From the NCBI GenBank assembly GCA_963665295.1, contig OY762209.1, positions 3,872,001 through 3,936,000 of the forward strand: DNA of 64,000 nt, given 5' to 3'. Below are positions 61,396 to 64,000 of this stretch, one piece after another. The translations under genes were made by a program, and so were the position numbers. Positions within the stretch are counted from its first letter, which is position 1, and every line of letters starts with the position of its first letter. Origin of the DNA: Syntrophorhabdaceae bacterium. Lineage in GTDB: Bacteria > Desulfobacterota > Syntrophorhabdia > Syntrophorhabdales > Syntrophorhabdaceae. The notes beneath the pieces were generated by a model. That model saw only the letters and a program-made list of their open reading frames with translations. It searched no databases and was not told the origin of the DNA.

Positions 61396-62013
61396 TCAAT
61401 ATGCATAGAGGAGTGAGAAAGCCGCCTTTTCCTGAGGATTGCTCTGCCTTTCTCCCTGTATTTCCACGCGATACATATAGGGGAAATGCTGCACAGTGAT
61501 CATGCCCGTCTGAGTCTCAGCCGTTCCCTGGCCTTCGAGGAGGACCCCGCTCGTATCGGAATTGCCGTTCACCGTATCAACTATCTTCGTATACACGCTG
61601 AAAGGCTGGGCGCTCCCCACCCCCGACAGGGTAAATACTACGTCAGGGTTCGTCTTCGCGCTTAAGGTATTGTCGCAACCGGTGGGCCAATTTGCTGTGG
61701 CGCGCATGATCTTGCCGCTGAAGCAGGTATCCGTGGCGACGGCCTGAACCTGAGCCGCGCTGATGGAGGAAAACCCTCCCACAATACTGCTCAACGTTGT
61801 GTTTGTAATGGCAAGAGGAATGACTTCCTTTGTAAAGACGTCTATTCCCCCGAGAGATGCTTCGCGGGCAGTCTGGTACCTCTTCTCAAGTCCCGACACT
61901 TCTACGCCTCTCGTGAGAAAATAATACACCGCTCCGACCATAAATGACGCTACTACAATCATGGCCATTACTACAATCAATGCGGCTCCGGTTTTTCGTG
62001 ATGGTAAGTTCGT
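61396..62013 (-). CDS. pilX: PilX-like minor pilin (start apparently ACG at 62013; first canonical start TTG at 61980)
   Basis: In-frame leader xNLPSRKTG|AALIVVMAMIV after AAGGAG; follows pilW. Confidence 0.7.
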   Translation of the reverse strand, partial: TNLPSRKTGAALIVVMAMIVVASFMVGAVYYFLTRGVEVSGLEKRYQTAREASLGGIDVFTKEVIPLAITNTTLSSIVGGFSSISAAQVQAVATDTCFSGKIMRATANWPTGCDNTLSAKTNPDVVFTLSGVGSAQPFSVYTKIVDTVNGNSDTSGVLLEGQGTAETQTGMITVQHFPYMYRVEIQGERQSNPQEKAAFSLLYAY

Positions 62014-62025
62014 GTTCCACTCCTT

Positions 62026-63159
62026 TTAGTTTAAAACGTTTTTCGGCCTTATTACCATGGTATCAACCTTCCAACGGTAATGCTGCCATCCGGTCCCCAC
62101 CAGGGCGGACAGGTCCACGTCACGGCCGAGACCGAGCGCGGCTTCACCCACGCGAACAGTGCCGTTGGTATAGGTGAATGAAGGGAGCGACCCGCCTTCG
62201 TGGCTCAGGAGATAAACCCTGACCTCCCGCACCTGTTGCCTTATCTGCGCCGCAGTGAGGGTCGATATGTCGTTGACCCTCGAGTCGATGCCTCCGTCGC
62301 TGTTCGTATCGAGGCCGAAAGCCACCTGCATATCGGCCACGCAGTCTATAACGGGAAGCGCATTCGACAGGCCGCCATTCGACTGGCTTACAAGGGCTTT
62401 GTAGAGTATGCCCGTTCCCGGGGCGCAACCCTCGGGCATGGGGTCAGGCCGCGCGATATAGTAATCCGCCCTGTTAAAGGGCATGCGCAGGTCCGTATCC
62501 AGACTTACACCGTAAACCAGGTATGACTCGGACACCGTCACAGGACGAAAACTGCTCGCAATGGTCGCGCTGGAGTCCGAAACTGTCGCAAAGAAAGTGC
62601 CCCCGTTCATTCTCAATTGCTTGTCGAGTCCCCCGGAAGCGTTGGGCCACACGACCACCACGCGTTCATTGGTGGTAAAGTCGCCCGCCGTTCCCCACGT
62701 GCGCGCAGTTGTACTGCCGAACATTATGTAGGTCCACTTCTGTGATGTGACATTCGTTCCCACCACAGTGCTTTTTATCACCAGGTAATCCGAGTTCCCG
62801 TACCCTGCATTGTTTCCGCTCATGATGGCCCGCGGTGCGGCGGACGGGGAGTCATTGTACGCAGCCGGGTTTGGGACGCGTGAGGTGACGGAAGCCGCTT
62901 CACTGTAACTTATGGAGTTCTGAAACGACCAGGGCAGTCCGTAACCGGCGTGTTCGATATCACGTCTCAAAACCTGGAAGCCTACGATTCTGTCTATTTC
63001 GGAGCCCACAGCCTGGGTCTGTTGCCTCGACTGGGTCATTATTACCCCGAAAGTATCCGTATTCATGGTGAGGACTATCATGACCAGGGCCATCGTGATA
63101 AGGAGTTCGATGAGCGTTACCCCGTCCTGTTTCCCGAGAGGCGAAGCAATCCTTTTCAT
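62026..63159 (-). CDS. pilW: PilW-like minor pilin
   Basis: KQDG|VTLIELLI prepilin motif, RRDIEHAGYG, VADMQVAFGLDTNSDG, VREVRVYLL. Confidence 0.85.
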   Translation of the reverse strand: MKRIASPLGKQDGVTLIELLITMALVMIVLTMNTDTFGVIMTQSRQQTQAVGSEIDRIVGFQVLRRDIEHAGYGLPWSFQNSISYSEAASVTSRVPNPAAYNDSPSAAPRAIMSGNNAGYGNSDYLVIKSTVVGTNVTSQKWTYIMFGSTTARTWGTAGDFTTNERVVVVWPNASGGLDKQLRMNGGTFFATVSDSSATIASSFRPVTVSESYLVYGVSLDTDLRMPFNRADYYIARPDPMPEGCAPGTGILYKALVSQSNGGLSNALPVIDCVADMQVAFGLDTNSDGGIDSRVNDISTLTAAQIRQQVREVRVYLLSHEGGSLPSFTYTNGTVRVGEAALGLGRDVDLSALVGTGWQHYRWKVDTMVIRPKNVLN

Positions 63160-63569
63160 GAGTCCACACTCACAATCGATGCGGTGGAGTGCTGGTGATT
63201 TCTGCCGTTCCAACTCCATCTTACCACTACCTGTATGGCGCGACTGTTACTCGCGGAAAGATTCTGCACATTCCACGTCACAAGAAAATCCACCGAAGTA
63301 TTCCGGAAACGTCGCGTGGCCGTTACCTGCGTGGTGGATGTGCTGCTCGTCAGGCCCGTAAACGCGGTGTTTCTCAAGGCGTTCATCTGTTGGTCGGCGA
63401 CTCTCACCGCTTCATCCAGCATCAGGTTATTCAGGTTGTGCCGGACGGCCATGGACAACGCCCAGAGGAGCGCCAGCATACTGATGAACAGTATGCCGAT
63501 TGCCACCATGACCTCTACGAGGGTGAACCCCCTATCTCTTCTTCCGGCAATTCGCACTGTTACACGCAC
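63156..63569 (-). CDS. pilV: PilV-like minor pilin
   Basis: RDRG|FTLVEVMVA prepilin motif, C-terminal VVVRW. Confidence 0.85.
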   Translation of the reverse strand: MRVTVRIAGRRDRGFTLVEVMVAIGILFISMLALLWALSMAVRHNLNNLMLDEAVRVADQQMNALRNTAFTGLTSSTSTTQVTATRRFRNTSVDFLVTWNVQNLSASNSRAIQVVVRWSWNGRNHQHSTASIVSVDS

Positions 63570-64000
63570 CTCCCCGATCGACGAGTTTTCCCATGCTCAC
63601 TCTCGTGGAACCTATATCAAGACAGTCATATGAGGCGTCTACATCAGGGTTCGCGGCAAAATCAATGCAAATGGTTTCATCTTCACTCGCAAGCCCCCTC
63701 GAATCGAACCCGAATATGGCGCTTCCGCTCCATCTCACAGGGTAGGGAAAAGTCTTCACAGAGACAGATTGTGCATTAGGGCAAGCAGCATCGGATCCCT
63801 GGCCGGTCGGCCTGTCCCAGAGGCACTGTATCGTGTCCGATCCGGTGTTCAGGGCTCCGTCGCCGTTGGTATCTCCATACACTTTCATCTGGTTGGCGGC
63901 AAGTGAGACGAAATGAGACATATTTCTCGTCATGGCCATCAGCCGCACATTCATGAGATCAACGTGTGTTTTTTTGATCTCGTTCTCCATATCGTACTTT
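63532..64000 (-). CDS. FimU/FimT (GspH-like) minor pilin, 5' end outside window (partial)
   Basis: Frame open to the window edge, DLMNVRLMAM, DTNGDG, FGFDSRG; precedes pilV. Confidence 0.65.
   Translation of the reverse strand, partial: KYDMENEIKKTHVDLMNVRLMAMTRNMSHFVSLAANQMKVYGDTNGDGALNTGSDTIQCLWDRPTGQGSDAACPNAQSVSVKTFPYPVRWSGSAIFGFDSRGLASEDETICIDFAANPDVDASYDCLDIGSTRVSMGKLVDRGGACNSANCRKKR

Noticed and set aside
63160..63219. Longer pilW start in the ORF track
   Set aside because: ATG at 63159 overlaps the pilV stop and gives a normal short prepilin leader

Overview
A 64 kb chromosomal window from an anaerobic, probably syntrophic deltaproteobacterium (Desulfobacterota-like). The taxonomy is inferred from gene content and was not verified. 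In order it contains: the 3' part of an hdrCBA-flxDCBA electron-bifurcation cluster; a Tyr-rich lipopeptide gene; purA; a yqeY-mutS2-dnaG-rpoD operon with a 24-codon rpsU-like mini-ORF at its head; etfBA/fixABCX; HU; malic enzyme; ino1 plus a CDP-alcohol phosphatidyltransferase; ispG; KimA-like and Kup K+ transporters; an intact IS1380-family element with terminal repeats and a CATT target duplication; DUF2156; a Zn alcohol dehydrogenase; a half-length purH, purD and leuB; a Fis-like protein; and a heavy-metal-type TolC/MFP/RND pump preceded by an RGPP-motif leader ORF. The last ~23 kb is a minus-strand type IV pilus region (fimU-pilVWX ... pilMNOPQ, rluB). It carries a nested glycan pathway (O-antigen-ligase-like protein, wzm/wzt, three GT2 enzymes, WbaP, GalT-like), which is itself interrupted by an oppositely oriented three-gene cassette (DUF4388-like / output-less Cache-HAMP sensor / tandem DUF4388-like). 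The best novelty candidates are that three-gene cassette, the RGPP leader peptide, the pilus-embedded glycan pathway, the Tyr-rich lipopeptide, the rpsU remnant and an apparent ACG start codon for pilX. No rRNA, tRNA or CRISPR array was recognised. All domain calls are by eye, with no database searches.
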